64,000 nt of DNA from NCBI GenBank assembly GCA_005882995.1, contig VBCY01000075.1, positions 4,734 to 68,733 of the forward strand. The letters run 5' to 3'. The DNA is from Betaproteobacteria bacterium. Lineage in GTDB: Bacteria; Pseudomonadota; Gammaproteobacteria; Burkholderiales; Casimicrobiaceae. The notes beneath the pieces were generated by a model, which saw only the letters and a program-made list of their open reading frames with translations, did not search any database and was not told the origin of the DNA. Made by a program: the position numbers and the translations under genes. Numbering within the stretch: the first letter of the stretch is position 1; every line of letters begins with the position of its first letter. Shown one piece after another: positions 9,089-21,582 of this stretch.

Positions 9089-9649
9089 TCAAGCGTCAGT
9101 CGACGGGTTTTGGACCGAAGCGCCTGCGCTGCGTTCCGTTCTGCCCCCGTCGAGCTTCATCTTGAGCTGGTCCGGGCGCAGCGTGTCGTAGACCTCGAAG
9201 GGCTGGTGAATCCAGGGATTTTCAGGAAGATATGAGACGAAATAATCGGGCTTGCATACCGAGCATGCCTTGTACCAGAGCACCGCGGTGCGCAGCGCTG
9301 TGATGTGAGGAAAGCGCTGCGGCAACTCCTTGAACACGGCCTCCAGCGTGTGGCCCGAATCTACCATGTCGTCGACGAGCAGCACACGCTCCCCCAGCCG
9401 CGGTGCAGTCATGGTCATGTGCTCGGCGATGACCAACTGGCCGCGCAGCATGCCACCCTCTGCGGTATACGAATGGGTCGACAGAATCGCCAGGGGAAGC
9501 TCGAAGATGCGCGAGATCACGTCACCGACGCGAAGCCCGCCGCGAGCGATGCAGATGACCTGGTTGAATGGCCAACCCGACTCGTGCACCTGCAATGCAA
9601 GGCGCTCGACGAGCGCATTGTATTCCTCCCAGCTGACATGCAGGCTCAT
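9089..9649 (-). CDS. phosphoribosyltransferase family protein (purine PRT-like)
   Basis: PRPP-binding motif VLLVDDMVDSGHTL. About 186 aa. Located immediately downstream of purA. Confidence 0.8.
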   Translation of the reverse strand: MSLHVSWEEYNALVERLALQVHESGWPFNQVICIARGGLRVGDVISRIFELPLAILSTHSYTAEGGMLRGQLVIAEHMTMTAPRLGERVLLVDDMVDSGHTLEAVFKELPQRFPHITALRTAVLWYKACSVCKPDYFVSYLPENPWIHQPFEVYDTLRPDQLKMKLDGGRTERSAGASVQNPSTDA

Positions 9650-9668
9650 GGCTCGCGCTCTTTCTCCA

Positions 9669-10972
<1,304 letters not shown>

Positions 10973-10978
<6 letters not shown>

Positions 10979-11944
10979 CGCGATCAGCGCCGCCAGCTGG
11001 CGCAGATCGAGCGTGAAGCCTGTTGCGGGACGCGCGCGGCCGAAGGCCTTGCCGATGCCGTCGTAGCGTTCGCCGCGGCCGATGGCATTGGGTTCTCCGG
11101 CAGTGAACACGGAGAAGCTCGCGCCGGTCTGGTAGTGATATCCGCGCAGATCGGCCAAATCGATGTGCAACGCTTCGACCATTCCTTCCGCAGACTGAGC
11201 CAGAGTTCTGAGCGCGGAGAGGGCGCCGGCGATCGCAGGCGTGTCGGGCAAGCGGGTGGCCGCATTGGCAAGCACCTCGTGCACCGGCCCGTAGAGCGAA
11301 GGAAGCTCGTTGAACGCATCGCGCCACGCCGTTGGAAGTCTCGCCGTCAGCTCGCGCACGGCGGGCAGATCCTTGTTGCGCAACGCGACAAATAGATCGC
11401 TGTCTCCTCCGTCACCGCCAATGCGGGCGCCGTTGGCTAGCGCTCGATAGACGCCGACATGGCCGAGGTCGAGATGCAGTCCGCGCACGCCAGCAGCGCC
11501 GAGCGATGAAAGCAGCAGTCCCAGGACTTCGCGATCGGCGCCGATCTGTGGATCGCCGTAGAGCTCGGCGCCAATCTGCAATACTTCGCGGCTTTGCGCC
11601 ACACCGGAAGTGACCGTGCGCAGAACGCTTCCCGTATAGCATAAGCGCGTGACTCCCCCTTCGTTCAAGAGATGCGCGTCGATGCGCGCGACCTGCGGCG
11701 TGATATCGGCACGCAGGCCCAGCAGACGACCGGAGAGGGGATCGATGACCTTGAAAGTCTGGATCTCGAGATCGTGACCGGTCCCTGTCAGCAGCGAATC
11801 GAGGTGTTCGATGAGCGGTGGCTGCACAAGGCGATAACCATGGCTGCGAAAGTGATCGAGCAACGTGCGGCGCAGCGCCTCGATCGCCTCGGCCTCCGCA
11901 GGCAGGATGTCATCGATGTACTCGGGCAGGACCCACTTACGCAT
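10973..11944 (-). CDS. hisZ: ATP phosphoribosyltransferase regulatory subunit HisZ (apparently C-terminally truncated)
   Basis: MRKWVLPEYIDDILPAEAEAIE..RLLGLRADITPQVARIDAHLL..RPATGFTLDL: HisRS-like HisZ core. It is 323 aa and ends ..LAALIAK*, with the last codon and the stop inside the right arm of the palindrome. Confidence 0.85.
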
Positions 11945-12125
11945 AGAGCACGATCAAAATAGTGCTTCCGATGAGTATCGAGATGAGACCCACGAACCGC
12001 AATTGCCCATCCGAGAGCTCAGTCACGCGGCGGAAGACATCGCGCCAGGTTCGGGGCGCGAGCAGAGGCATCAGGCCCTCGAGCACCAGCACCAGCGCGC
12101 ACGCCGCCAGCAGGATTTCCGGCAC
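11937..12125 (-). CDS. DUF2065 family small membrane protein
   Basis: 62 aa with two hydrophobic helices. It sits in the conserved slot between hflC and hisZ and overlaps the hisZ start by 8 nt. Confidence 0.7.
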   Translation of the reverse strand: MPEILLAACALVLVLEGLMPLLAPRTWRDVFRRVTELSDGQLRFVGLISILIGSTILIVLYA

Positions 12126-12149
12126 TGCGTCGCGCTCCTGAATTTCCGG

Positions 12150-13037
12150 CTACTTCGGGCGCGGCGCGCCCTTGACGCCGGGTTGCTTCAGGAACTGAAA
12201 GAAATCCGAGCTTGGATCGAGCACCAGCATGTCGTTCTTGCTCTTGAACGTTGCCTTGTAGGCTTCGAGGCTGCGGTAGAACGAGTAGAACTCCGCATTT
12301 TGGCCGTAGGCTGCGGCGTAGATCGCGGAGGCTTTGGCGTCGCCCTCGCCCTTGGTTTTCTGCGCCTGCTTGTACGCGTCGGCGAGAATCACTTCGCGCT
12401 GCCGATCGGCGTCGGCGCGGATCTTCTCCGATTCCGCCGCGCCCATCGAGCGCAGTTCGTTGGCGACTCGCTTGCGTTCCGATTCCATGCGTTGATAAAC
12501 CTGCGCCAGCACTTCGTCCGGCAGCTCGACCCGGCGAAGGCGTACGTCGACGACTTCCACGCCGATGTTTCGTGCATCGGCGTCGGCCTTTTGCCGTGCC
12601 TCGGTCATGATCTTGTCGCGCTCGGCGGAGATCACCTCATGGATGGTGCGCTTGTTGATCTCCTGCGCCAGATTGGCGCGGATGGTTTGCGCAAGCCGGC
12701 GCTTGGCCGCTTCCTCGTCGCCAGTAACGCTCTGGTAGTACTTGCGTACATCGATGATGCGCCAATACGCGATGAAGTCCACCTTCAGCGGCTTCTTTTC
12801 CGAGGTGGTGATGCGGTCGGGCTCCGGCGCGTCCAGCGTGAGCAGCCGCCGGTCGTAGAACTTGATGTTCTGTACCAGAGGAATCTTTGCGTACAAGCCC
12901 GCTTCGGTCTTCGCTTCGATGAATTCACCGAGCTGGAACTTGATGGCGAACTGCTTTTGATCGACGGTATAGAGAGACTGCGAGAGCACCAGCACGATGG
13001 CAACGAGCAACGCGAGCGCGGGCATCACGGTCTTCAT
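12150..13037 (-). CDS. hflC: protease modulator HflC
   Basis: N-terminal TM plus SPFH/band-7 domain (YTVDQKQFAIKFQLGE...). ATGA-type overlap with the hflK stop. Confidence 0.93.
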   Translation of the reverse strand: MKTVMPALALLVAIVLVLSQSLYTVDQKQFAIKFQLGEFIEAKTEAGLYAKIPLVQNIKFYDRRLLTLDAPEPDRITTSEKKPLKVDFIAYWRIIDVRKYYQSVTGDEEAAKRRLAQTIRANLAQEINKRTIHEVISAERDKIMTEARQKADADARNIGVEVVDVRLRRVELPDEVLAQVYQRMESERKRVANELRSMGAAESEKIRADADRQREVILADAYKQAQKTKGEGDAKASAIYAAAYGQNAEFYSFYRSLEAYKATFKSKNDMLVLDPSSDFFQFLKQPGVKGAPRPK

Positions 13038-14224
13038 CGGCTCGCTCCCCGGTCACGCTCGCGAGGCAGTTCGCGGGCGCGGGACGGATCCACGGAGACC
13101 GCCGCCTCCGGCGTGGAGGGCCGTCCGGCATCGCCTGCGCCCGCTGCAGCCCCGACGGCCTGGTTTTGCCGGATAAGCTGGTCGAGGGGCAGATAGAGCA
13201 GATTGCTGCCGGCTCTCTGATCGACCAGCACCTTGCTCGAGTTTCCGAGCACCGATTGCATCATGTCCAGATAAAGTCGCTGACGTGTCACCTCGGGAGC
13301 CTTGGCATACTCGACCAGGACCTGTTTGAAGCGGCTTGCGTCGCCCTCCGCCTTCTGGACGACGCTCGCCAGATACGCCTCGGCTTCCTGCAACAGGCGT
13401 GACGCCATGCCGCGTGCGCGAGGAACCACGTCGTTGGCGTACGCCTGGCCTTCATTCTTCTGCCGCTCCCGGTCCTGGCTCGCCTTCACGGCATCGTCGA
13501 AGGCAGCCTGTACCTGCTCCGGCGGCTGGGCGTTCTGCAGCGTCACCCTTTGGATGTAGATGCCGGTCCCATAGCGATCGAGCATCGCCTGCATCAACTT
13601 TTCGGTCTCGGTGGCGATTTGCGCTCGGCCCTCATAGAGCGCGAAATCCATCTGGCTGCGGCCGACGACTTCGCTCATCGCCGTCGCCGCGACCTGCGCG
13701 ACGATGTCGTCAGGCCGGCGGGTATTGAAAACGTACTCGGGACCGCTCTTGACGTTGTACTGAACCGCGAACTGGATATCGATGATGTTTTCGTCGTCGG
13801 TCAGCATCAGCGATTCTTTGGCGATCTTGTTCTTGGGGTTGCTGTTGCGATACCCGATCTCGACCGTACGCACCTGCGAGAAATCGATCACCTCGACCGA
13901 CTCGATGGGAAAGGGCAGATGCCAGCGCAAGCCTGGCGTCGTCGTCTCGGTGTATTTCCCGAAACGAGTCACTACGCCACGGCGTCCTTCGTCTACGATG
14001 TAGGAGCCGCTCACGAGCCACACCACCACCACGAGTGCGACCAGGAGGCCGGCACCGCCCAGCGGCAGCTGCCTGCGCGGCGGCGGTGCGCCCTCGCCGG
14101 AATCCCCGGGTTCTTTGCGCCCGAAGAGCTCATTGACTCGGCGATTGACGTTGCGCCAGATCTCGTCGAGATCGGGCGGCCCGGTACGGCCGCGCTTACC
14201 CCACTGCGGGTCGTTCAGAGACAT
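13034..14224 (-). CDS. hflK: protease modulator HflK
   Basis: MSLNDPQWGKRGRTGPPDLDEIWRN, then a TM and an SPFH domain. Upstream of hflC. Confidence 0.93.
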   Translation of the reverse strand: MSLNDPQWGKRGRTGPPDLDEIWRNVNRRVNELFGRKEPGDSGEGAPPPRRQLPLGGAGLLVALVVVVWLVSGSYIVDEGRRGVVTRFGKYTETTTPGLRWHLPFPIESVEVIDFSQVRTVEIGYRNSNPKNKIAKESLMLTDDENIIDIQFAVQYNVKSGPEYVFNTRRPDDIVAQVAATAMSEVVGRSQMDFALYEGRAQIATETEKLMQAMLDRYGTGIYIQRVTLQNAQPPEQVQAAFDDAVKASQDRERQKNEGQAYANDVVPRARGMASRLLQEAEAYLASVVQKAEGDASRFKQVLVEYAKAPEVTRQRLYLDMMQSVLGNSSKVLVDQRAGSNLLYLPLDQLIRQNQAVGAAAGAGDAGRPSTPEAAVSVDPSRARELPRERDRGASR

Positions 14225-14293
14225 TCGGACAAACGCGCCGGCGGCGCTTTCTGGAGCCTGTGGTGTAGAGGGTGGATGGGCGCCTGGAGCGCG

Positions 14294-15406
14294 TCAGCCG
14301 GTCGCCACACGCGCCTCGGCGCGAGGGAACCGCTCGGCCAACGCGGCACGCAATTCCGGGACGCCGGCGCCGGTCAGCGCGCTCAAACGAACGGCGCGAA
14401 TTTTACCATATTCATCGCGTTCGACGCTCGGATCGAATCCGGCTGCATCGATCTTGTTGAGCACGAGTATCCTCGGCACGGCGTCGGCGCCTATTTCGCG
14501 GAGCACGGCGTCGACAGCCTCGATCTGATTTTCCCGTGCGGGGTGGCTCGCGTCGGCGACGTGCAGCAGCAGGTCGGCGTCGACGGCTTCCTTGAGCGTA
14601 GCCTGAAACGCGGCAATCAAGTCGTGCGGCAGCTCGCGAATGAAGCCCACCGTGTCGGACACTACGATCGAAGCGGCGCCAGGAATCACCACGCGTCGCA
14701 GCGTGGTGTCTAGCGTCGCAAAGAGCTGATCGGCGGCGTAGCCTTCAGCACCGGTCAGGCGGTTGAAAAGAGTCGATTTGCCGGCGTTGGTATAGCCAAC
14801 CAGCGCCACGTTGCAGATCGCTCCGCGGCGCCGCGCGCGCCGCTGCGTGTCGCGCCGGCGCGAGACCTGAGCGATCCGTTCGCGCAGGAGCTTGACACGG
14901 GAGCCGATCAGGCGCCGGTCGCTTTCGAGCTGAGTCTCGCCCGGCCCGCGAAGTCCGATGCCGCCTTTTTGTCGCTCGAGGTGAGTCCACCCGCGGACGA
15001 GTCGCGTCGAAAGGTGCTGGAGTTGCGCAAGCTCAACCTGCAACTTGCCTTCGGCGCTTTGCGCGCGCTGCGCGAAAATGTCGAGAATGAGGCTGGTGCG
15101 ATCGATCACCCGGCAGTCGAGCTCCCGCTCCAGATTGCGCTGCTGCGCGCCGGAGACTGCATGGTCGAAGATGACGACATTGGCAGCGGTAGCGGCTCGC
15201 AGCGCGGCAATTTCGGCGACCTTGCCGCGCCCGGCGAAAAGCGCTGCGTCGGGCCTGCTCCGGCGTGCGGTGACAACGCCGGCGACCTCCGCACCAGCCG
15301 AGGTCGCCAGCGCTTTGAGCTCGGCCAATCGGTCGCCAAGCTCTCCGTCGCCGAAATCGAGCTCAACCAGGAGTGCGCGTTCCGCCGCGCGGAAGCCCTC
15401 AGCCAC
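14294..15406 (-). CDS. hflX: GTPase HflX
   Basis: HflX N-domain (DRTSLILDIFAQRA.S.EGKLQVELAQL), G1 motif GYTNAGKST, DTVGF and NKID. GTG start. Downstream of hfq. Confidence 0.93.
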   Translation of the reverse strand: MAEGFRAAERALLVELDFGDGELGDRLAELKALATSAGAEVAGVVTARRSRPDAALFAGRGKVAEIAALRAATAANVVIFDHAVSGAQQRNLERELDCRVIDRTSLILDIFAQRAQSAEGKLQVELAQLQHLSTRLVRGWTHLERQKGGIGLRGPGETQLESDRRLIGSRVKLLRERIAQVSRRRDTQRRARRRGAICNVALVGYTNAGKSTLFNRLTGAEGYAADQLFATLDTTLRRVVIPGAASIVVSDTVGFIRELPHDLIAAFQATLKEAVDADLLLHVADASHPARENQIEAVDAVLREIGADAVPRILVLNKIDAAGFDPSVERDEYGKIRAVRLSALTGAGVPELRAALAERFPRAEARVATG

Positions 15407-15456
15407 TCCCGTCCCCGTGGATTCTCTTCATCGCCGGGATGGCCGGCGAACGACGA

Positions 15457-15699
15457 TCAAGTTTCGCGTTCAGTGTCGTGCGCCGGCATGCTCACCGCGC
15501 GTGCCGGAACGACGGTTGAGATTGCATGCTTGTACACCATCTGCGTGACCGTGTTCTTCAGCAGGACGACGTACTGGTCGAAGGATTCGATCTGACCTTG
15601 CAACTTGATCCCATTTACAAGATAGATCGATACCTGGATGTGCTCCTTGCGGAGGGTGTTCAGGAACGGGTCTTGTAACATTTGCCCCTTGTTACTCAT
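15457..15699 (-). CDS. hfq: RNA chaperone Hfq
   Basis: [65 protein letters not shown]: Sm1/Sm2 motifs. 80 aa from the internal ATG at 15699 of the listed ORF. Confidence 0.97.
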   Translation of the reverse strand: MSNKGQMLQDPFLNTLRKEHIQVSIYLVNGIKLQGQIESFDQYVVLLKNTVTQMVYKHAISTVVPARAVSMPAHDTERET

Positions 15700-15742
15700 T
15701 CGCGTGCTCCGAGGTTTTATTGGCCGCACCGGATAGCCTTCT

Positions 15743-17146
15743 TTAGCCGCGGTTCGCAGCGCGCCGCGAGCGGCGTTCCTGCCTGCGACCCCGCCGGTGC
15801 GCGGGGGTGTCCGCGTAGGGGTTCGCTGCCGTCTTGAATTGTATCCTAAGCGGCGTTCCCCGCAGTTGGAACGCCTCGAGGAAGAATCGTTCCAGGTAGC
15901 GCCGGTAGGTATCCGGCACCGTTCGCAGAGCGCTGCCATGAATCACGATCACCGGCGGATTGACGCCTCCCTGGTGCGCGTAGCGAAGCTTCGGACGAAC
16001 CAGTCCTGTGCGCGGCGGCTGCTGCTTGACGACGGCGTCCTGGAGCGCTCGCGTCAGACGCGGCGTCGGCAATTTTGCGACGGCAGCCGCATAGGCCTGG
16101 TCGACGGACTTCAGTAGCGGTGAAATGCCGGTGCCATCGCGCGCCGAGATCGTGTGGGTTTGCGCAAAGGCAAGGAAGCCCAGCTTGCGATCGAGATCCC
16201 GCTTGATATCGTCTCGCGCTGCGGAGTGCAGATCGTCCCACTTGTTGACCGCGACAACCAGCGCACGTCCCGCCTCGACGATGTAGCCTGCAAGATGAGC
16301 GTCGTGCTCGGCGATCCCAGCCTGTGCGTCGAGCACCAGCACGACGACGTTGGCATCCTCGATCGCCTGCAGCGTCTTGATCACCGAAAACTTCTCGATC
16401 GCCTCGTTCACTTTGCCGCGGCGGCGCAGGCCGGCGGTGTCGATCAGGGTGTAATGACGCGAACCCCTGTCGAAGTCCAGATACAGCGAATCGCGCGTCG
16501 TGCCCGGTTCGCCGAATGCGATGACACGCTCCTCGCCGAGAAGCGTATTGACCAGTGTCGACTTGCCGACGTTGGGACGGCCCACGATTGCGACCGCGAT
16601 CCGTCGGGCAGCGCCCTGGTCCGCGTCTTCCTGCAACTCGGCTGCGGCGTCCTCGCCACAGAGCGCGAGCGCCGCTTCCGCCAGCTCACGGACGTTTTCG
16701 CCATGCGCCGCCGATATCGCAATCGGAGTTCCCAGGCCCAGCTCGTGAAATTCTGCCGTCGCGTTTTCCGGTGCCAAGCCCTCGCACTTGTTGACTGCGA
16801 GCACGATCGGCCGTCCCGAGCGACGGAGCATGTCTGCGATGGCGCGGTCGTCTGCGATGAGCCCTTCACGGCCGTCAACCATGAATATCACGGCGTCTGC
16901 TTCCGCGATCGCAGTGCGCGTCTGCTGCGCCATGGCATGCATGATTCCGTCTGCCGCCTCGGGCTCGAACCCTCCGGTGTCGACGACGATGCAGGGACGC
17001 TCGCCAACGCGTGCGCGAGCGTAGTGGCGATCGCGCGTCAGGCCGGGGTAGTCAGCGACCAGAGCCGCACGCGAGCGCGTGAGCCTGTTGAACAGCGTCG
17101 ACTTGCCGACGTTGGGACGGCCGACCAGGACGACAGTCGGTAGCAT
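15743..17146 (-). CDS. der: ribosome biogenesis GTPase Der (EngA)
   Basis: Two tandem GTPase domains ([14 protein letters not shown] twice, DTGG/DTAG, NKCE/NKWD) plus a KH-like C-terminus. Arg-rich tail. Confidence 0.95.
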   Translation of the reverse strand: MLPTVVLVGRPNVGKSTLFNRLTRSRAALVADYPGLTRDRHYARARVGERPCIVVDTGGFEPEAADGIMHAMAQQTRTAIAEADAVIFMVDGREGLIADDRAIADMLRRSGRPIVLAVNKCEGLAPENATAEFHELGLGTPIAISAAHGENVRELAEAALALCGEDAAAELQEDADQGAARRIAVAIVGRPNVGKSTLVNTLLGEERVIAFGEPGTTRDSLYLDFDRGSRHYTLIDTAGLRRRGKVNEAIEKFSVIKTLQAIEDANVVVLVLDAQAGIAEHDAHLAGYIVEAGRALVVAVNKWDDLHSAARDDIKRDLDRKLGFLAFAQTHTISARDGTGISPLLKSVDQAYAAAVAKLPTPRLTRALQDAVVKQQPPRTGLVRPKLRYAHQGGVNPPVIVIHGSALRTVPDTYRRYLERFFLEAFQLRGTPLRIQFKTAANPYADTPAHRRGRRQERRSRRAANRG

Positions 17147-17182
17147 CAGGGTTCTCGAAGAATAGCCGAGGGTGCGGCTCGA

Positions 17183-18367
17183 CTAGCTCGCGCCGGCGCT
17201 GATCAGATTGCCGGCGGTACTTTGCCAGACCGCCGCAGAGCCGCTCGCCGCGGGTTGCGACTCGGCGCCCGTCCCGTCGGTGGCGACGCGGCCCACAAGC
17301 GCACCGTCGTTGCGATCGAGCAGATGCAGGTAGCCTTCGCCGTCGACGATGCCGACGTAATCGCCGACAAGGACGGGACCGCTTGGAAACCGTCCAACCA
17401 GCTTGTCCTGCTTCCACACCGAGGCACCCGTGGTCTTGTCGAGCGCGTGCACGGCGCCCTTGTCATCGGTGAGAAAAAGATAACGGTTATCGACGGTAAT
17501 GCCGGCGAGACTGGAGAAGTCGCGCGACCATACGAGCGTGCCGCGCACGATTTCGAAGCATGCGACGCGGCCTTGATACGCCGCCGCGCACACCTGGCGC
17601 TCCTCGACGACGGGAAGGCTGGTTACATCTGCGATGCGCTCCAGCTCGGTTGCGCCCTTGGGAGTCGCAACACTCGCTTCCCAGCCCAGTGCTCCGGTCG
17701 CGAGATCGAGCGCCAGAAGTTTGCCGCCTGCGGTGCCCGTGAACAGCCCGCCGCGACTGACAACGCCACCGGCTACACGCCGAACCGTGAGCGGCGGATT
17801 CGTTCGCTGGTAGACCCACTTTGGTTTACCGTCCGCGCCGCTCAGTGCAAAGATCTTTCCGTCGATCGACCAGGCGATAGCAAGTCCTTCGGCGACCACC
17901 GGCGGGCCGGCGACTTCGCTGGAAATTTTAGTTTGCCACAGCGACTTGCCGACCGCATCAAAAGCAAGCACGTCAGCCTTATCCGTCCCCACGACGACCA
18001 GATCTGAGCTGGCGCCCACGCCGGCGGAAAGATTACGCCCTGCGCGGATGCTCCATTTCGGCCTGCCGCTCGCGGGATCGACGCTCACGATGCTTCCGTC
18101 GACACCTGCTGCAACAACCGCGTCGTTGCCGACGACCGGAGTGAAACCGGAACCTTCCTTTCCGCCCAAGGCTACCTGCCAGTAGACTCGTGGCGTCGCT
18201 TTGGCGTCGAAGGGAGGCAGAGGCGCCATCTTCTTGGAGCTGCCGAAGGAGAACCATTGCCACGGAGGCGGGATGCTCGAGAGCTGCGGGAACCACGACG
18301 ACATGGTCTCGCAGCCGCCCAGCAGCAGCGCGGCCGCGGCCAAAGCTGTGCGCGCACGCAGCGTCAC
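17183..18367 (-). CDS. bamB: outer membrane protein assembly factor BamB
   Basis: Lipobox LLLGGC and repeated PQQ-like beta-propeller blades. GTG start overlapping the yfgM stop. Confidence 0.9.
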   Translation of the reverse strand: MTLRARTALAAAALLLGGCETMSSWFPQLSSIPPPWQWFSFGSSKKMAPLPPFDAKATPRVYWQVALGGKEGSGFTPVVGNDAVVAAGVDGSIVSVDPASGRPKWSIRAGRNLSAGVGASSDLVVVGTDKADVLAFDAVGKSLWQTKISSEVAGPPVVAEGLAIAWSIDGKIFALSGADGKPKWVYQRTNPPLTVRRVAGGVVSRGGLFTGTAGGKLLALDLATGALGWEASVATPKGATELERIADVTSLPVVEERQVCAAAYQGRVACFEIVRGTLVWSRDFSSLAGITVDNRYLFLTDDKGAVHALDKTTGASVWKQDKLVGRFPSGPVLVGDYVGIVDGEGYLHLLDRNDGALVGRVATDGTGAESQPAASGSAAVWQSTAGNLISAGAS

Positions 18368-19005
18368 GATGCGCTTCCTCCAAGAGCATCGTATTTCACC
18401 TGGATGTAAGCGCGGTACGGAGACTTGGGATCGATCTTGGCCAGCGCAAGCTGGTACGCGGCCTTGGCCTCGGCCGGCTTGCCTGCAGCGATCAGCACAT
18501 CGCCTCTCAAGTCAGCGTACATCGCCGCAAAAGCATCGTCGGTCTTCACGTCGAGCGTACGCAATGCCTCATCGTATTGCTTGTCATCAAGTAGCGCTTC
18601 GGCGAGACGAAAGCGTGCGACGGTCTTGAGCTCTTCCTCGCTGGAGTGCTCGACGACCCATTGCAACTGAGCCCTCGCTCCGGCGCGATCACCGGCGTCG
18701 TAGAGCATGCGGGCGTAGAGCAACGCGGCGCGCGGGGCATACGCGGTGCCGGCGAAGCGATCCTCGATCTGTGTCGCCGGCTCCTTCGCTTTGGCGACGT
18801 CATTGTTGCGCCCGGCCTGGCTCACCGCCTGATAGAGAACGCTGGCCTGCTCTGATTGGTGGCTCTGATACCAGCGCCACCCCTGGGTCGCGACGACTGC
18901 CACGGCGATGACGCTCAATGCGGTGCTGATGTATTTGCCATACTGTTGCCACCATGCTTTGAGGTCATCGAGCTTTTCCTGCTCTTCGAGATCATAGACG
19001 GCCAT
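18364..19005 (-). CDS. yfgM: YfgM-like TPR membrane protein
   Basis: MAVYDLEEQEKLDDLKAWWQQYGKY, then a TM and a TPR-like domain. Conserved position between hisS and bamB. Confidence 0.8.
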   Translation of the reverse strand: MAVYDLEEQEKLDDLKAWWQQYGKYISTALSVIAVAVVATQGWRWYQSHQSEQASVLYQAVSQAGRNNDVAKAKEPATQIEDRFAGTAYAPRAALLYARMLYDAGDRAGARAQLQWVVEHSSEEELKTVARFRLAEALLDDKQYDEALRTLDVKTDDAFAAMYADLRGDVLIAAGKPAEAKAAYQLALAKIDPKSPYRAYIQVKYDALGGSAS

Positions 19006-19024
19006 GGTCGTTTCCTAGGGACAA

Positions 19025-20284
19025 TCAGTTGGAGCTCAGATGCGTGGCGAGCTCGTCCGGCGCAAGGTCAATCTGACCACCTTCGCCGCGCAAAGACTTC
19101 ACCGCAACGCGATTCGCGGCGGCCTCATTTTCGCCGACAATCAAGGCATAGCGCGCACCGCTTGCGTCGGCGCGTTTCATCTGCGACTTGAAGCTCCCGC
19201 CGCCGGCGTTGACCACGACGGCAAGCCCCGCATCGCGCAGGCTTTCTGCGACCGAGCGCGCGAGTCTCGCTGCCTGTTCGCCGGCGTGCACTACGTAGGC
19301 GTCCGGAACGTCGACGACGGTGCGGCCTGCGGATTGCAAAAGCAAGATTATGCGCTCGCTGCCGATGGCGAAACCGCACGCCGGCGTCGGCTTTCCGCCA
19401 AGTTGCTCGAACAGTCCGTCATAACGGCCTCCTCCGGCGACGGTTGCCTGCGCGCCGAGGCGGTCGGTCATCCACTCGAAAACGGTGCGATTGTAATAGT
19501 CGAGGCCGCGCACCAGACGCGGATCGATGGTGAATTCGATACCGTGATCGGCGAGGCCCTGTTGCAGGCCGTCGAAGTGCTCGCGTGAGGCTTGCCCGAG
19601 CCGGTCGACCAACCGCGGGGCACCCTCGATGAGCGTCTGCATCGCCGGGTTCTTGGAGTCGAGGATCCGCAACGGGTTAGTTTGCAATCGACGCTGCGAG
19701 TCCGCGTCCAGCGCGTTCGCATGAAGGCTGAAGTATTCGACCAGCGCTGCGCGGTGAGCGCGTCGCTCGTCGGGATCTCCGATCGAGTTGATATGCAGAG
19801 TGATGCCGTCGAGATCGAGCGCGCGCCACAGCCGGGCAAGCATGACGACCTGTTCGACGTCGACGTCGGGACCGGCGAAGCCCAGAGCTTCGGCGTCGAA
19901 CTGGTGAAACTGACGGTAGCGTCCCTTTTGTGGACGCTCGTGCCGGAACATCGGTCCCGCGGTCCACACCCTCTGAGGCCGCTCGTAGGTGAGACTGTGC
20001 TCAATGGCGGCGCGCACAATGCCGGCTGTCGCCTCGGGTCTCAGCGTGAGACTCTCGCCGTTGAGACGGTCCGTGAAGGTGTACATCTCTTTCTCGACGA
20101 CGTCGGTGACTTCGCCGATCGCGCGCACGAACAGCGGGGTCGATTCGACCAGCGGCACCTGGAGGTAGCGATAGCCGTAATGGGCGAAGACTTCCCGGAC
20201 CACGTCCTCGAAGTGCTGCCACAAGGGCGCCTCATCGGGCAGCACGTCGTTCATGCCGCGCACGGCCTGGATGACGCCGGCCAT
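19025..20284 (-). CDS. hisS: histidine--tRNA ligase
   Basis: ATG at 20284 gives [18 protein letters not shown]... It carries class II aaRS motifs ([24 protein letters not shown]) and an anticodon-binding C-terminus. The listed 550-aa ORF overextends into ispG. Confidence 0.95.
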   Translation of the reverse strand: MAGVIQAVRGMNDVLPDEAPLWQHFEDVVREVFAHYGYRYLQVPLVESTPLFVRAIGEVTDVVEKEMYTFTDRLNGESLTLRPEATAGIVRAAIEHSLTYERPQRVWTAGPMFRHERPQKGRYRQFHQFDAEALGFAGPDVDVEQVVMLARLWRALDLDGITLHINSIGDPDERRAHRAALVEYFSLHANALDADSQRRLQTNPLRILDSKNPAMQTLIEGAPRLVDRLGQASREHFDGLQQGLADHGIEFTIDPRLVRGLDYYNRTVFEWMTDRLGAQATVAGGGRYDGLFEQLGGKPTPACGFAIGSERIILLLQSAGRTVVDVPDAYVVHAGEQAARLARSVAESLRDAGLAVVVNAGGGSFKSQMKRADASGARYALIVGENEAAANRVAVKSLRGEGGQIDLAPDELATHLSSN

Positions 20285-20289
20285 CGGTA

Positions 20290-21582
20290 TTACGCAACCG
20301 CCTTGATCGCGACCGATTTCCTGTCCGGCTTGAGATGACGCCCCGGCGGCTCGCCGCCATAGGTCGCACGCACATAATCGGCGACGATCTGCTGGAATTC
20401 CTCGGCGATGCGCTCTCCCTTGAGCGTTACGGTTTTCTGTCCGTCGACATAAACGGGAGCGACTGGAAGCTCGCCTGTGCCTGGCAGGCTTATTCCCAGG
20501 TTGGCCATCTTTGATTCGCCCGGACCGTTGACGACGCAGCCCATCACCGCGACGTTCATGGCTTCCACGCCGGGGTAACGCGCACGCCACAGCGGCATCT
20601 GCGCGCGCAGGTAGCTCTGGATACGTTGGGCGAGCTCCTGGAAGACAGTGCTGGTCGTGCGCCCGCAGCCGGGGCACGCAGTCACCTGCGGCGCGAAGGA
20701 GCGCAGGCCCATGGTTTGCAGGATCTCCTGGGCGACGAGCACCTCACGCGTCCGATCGCCATTGGGCTCCGGCGTGAGCGACACGCGTATCGTGTCTCCG
20801 ATCCCTTGCTGCAACAGCACGCCTATCGCCGCGGTCGACGCGACGATCCCTTTCGAGCCCATGCCTGCTTCAGTGAGCCCCAGATGCAGAGGATAATCAC
20901 AGCGGCTCGCTAGCTCCGAGTACACCGCGATCAGGTCCTGAACGTCCGATACCTTGCACGACAGAACGATGCGATCGGCCGCGAGCCCGAGTTCCTGCGC
21001 CCGTTGCGCGCTGCCGATCGCGGAGGCGACCAGCGCTTCGCGCATGACATGCGCGGCGCCCTTGGGCTCGGACGAACGCGCGTTCTGGTCCATCATGGTT
21101 GCGAGCAGATCGGCGTCGAGGCTTCCCCAGTTGACGCCGATGCGAATCGGCTTTTCCCAGCGTAACGCCTGTTCGATCATGATCGCGAACTGCGAATCGC
21201 GCTTGCTGCCCTTGCCGACGTTGCCTGGGTTGATGCGGTATTTGGCCAGGGCTTGCGCGCATGCTGGAAAAGCGGTCAACAGCTTGTGTCCGTTGAAATG
21301 AAAATCGCCGATCAGCGGCACGTTGCAAACTAATGCATCGAGCTTGTCGCGGATGACTGGCACCGCCGCCGCCGCTTCCGCGGTGTTGACGGTAATGCGC
21401 ACCAGCTCGGAACCGGCGTCGGCAAGCGCCTTCACCTGCGCCACGGTCGCAGCGATGTCGGCCGTGTCAGTATTGGTCATCGACTGAACGACGATCGGAG
21501 CGGCATCGCCAATCACGACACCCCCGATGTTGCTTCGGCGCGTCGTTCGCCTTGTGATCCGCTGCGATGCGAGCGCGCTCAT
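20290..21582 (-). CDS. ispG: 4-hydroxy-3-methylbut-2-enyl diphosphate synthase IspG
   Basis: ATG at 21582: [23 protein letters not shown]...[20 protein letters not shown] overlap with the rodZ stop. Confidence 0.95.
   Translation of the reverse strand: MSALASQRITRRTTRRSNIGGVVIGDAAPIVVQSMTNTDTADIAATVAQVKALADAGSELVRITVNTAEAAAAVPVIRDKLDALVCNVPLIGDFHFNGHKLLTAFPACAQALAKYRINPGNVGKGSKRDSQFAIMIEQALRWEKPIRIGVNWGSLDADLLATMMDQNARSSEPKGAAHVMREALVASAIGSAQRAQELGLAADRIVLSCKVSDVQDLIAVYSELASRCDYPLHLGLTEAGMGSKGIVASTAAIGVLLQQGIGDTIRVSLTPEPNGDRTREVLVAQEILQTMGLRSFAPQVTACPGCGRTTSTVFQELAQRIQSYLRAQMPLWRARYPGVEAMNVAVMGCVVNGPGESKMANLGISLPGTGELPVAPVYVDGQKTVTLKGERIAEEFQQIVADYVRATYGGEPPGRHLKPDRKSVAIKAVA

Noticed and set aside
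11865-13196. Long antisense or alternate-frame ORFs across the window. Examples: 5901-6770 (+), 11865-13196 (+), 13550-14713 (+), 16154-17143 (+), 25085-26656 (-), 29543-31123 (+), 36469-38094 (+), 43335-44249 (-), 61806-62753 (+).
   Set aside because: Each lies entirely within, and out of frame with or antisense to, a gene with unmistakable homology (rnr, hflC/K/X, der, dctM, accA, CPBP, hrpA, DUF58/MoxR). Their products are Arg/Ala/Gly/Pro-rich with no motifs. These are the usual shadow ORFs of a 65% GC genome.
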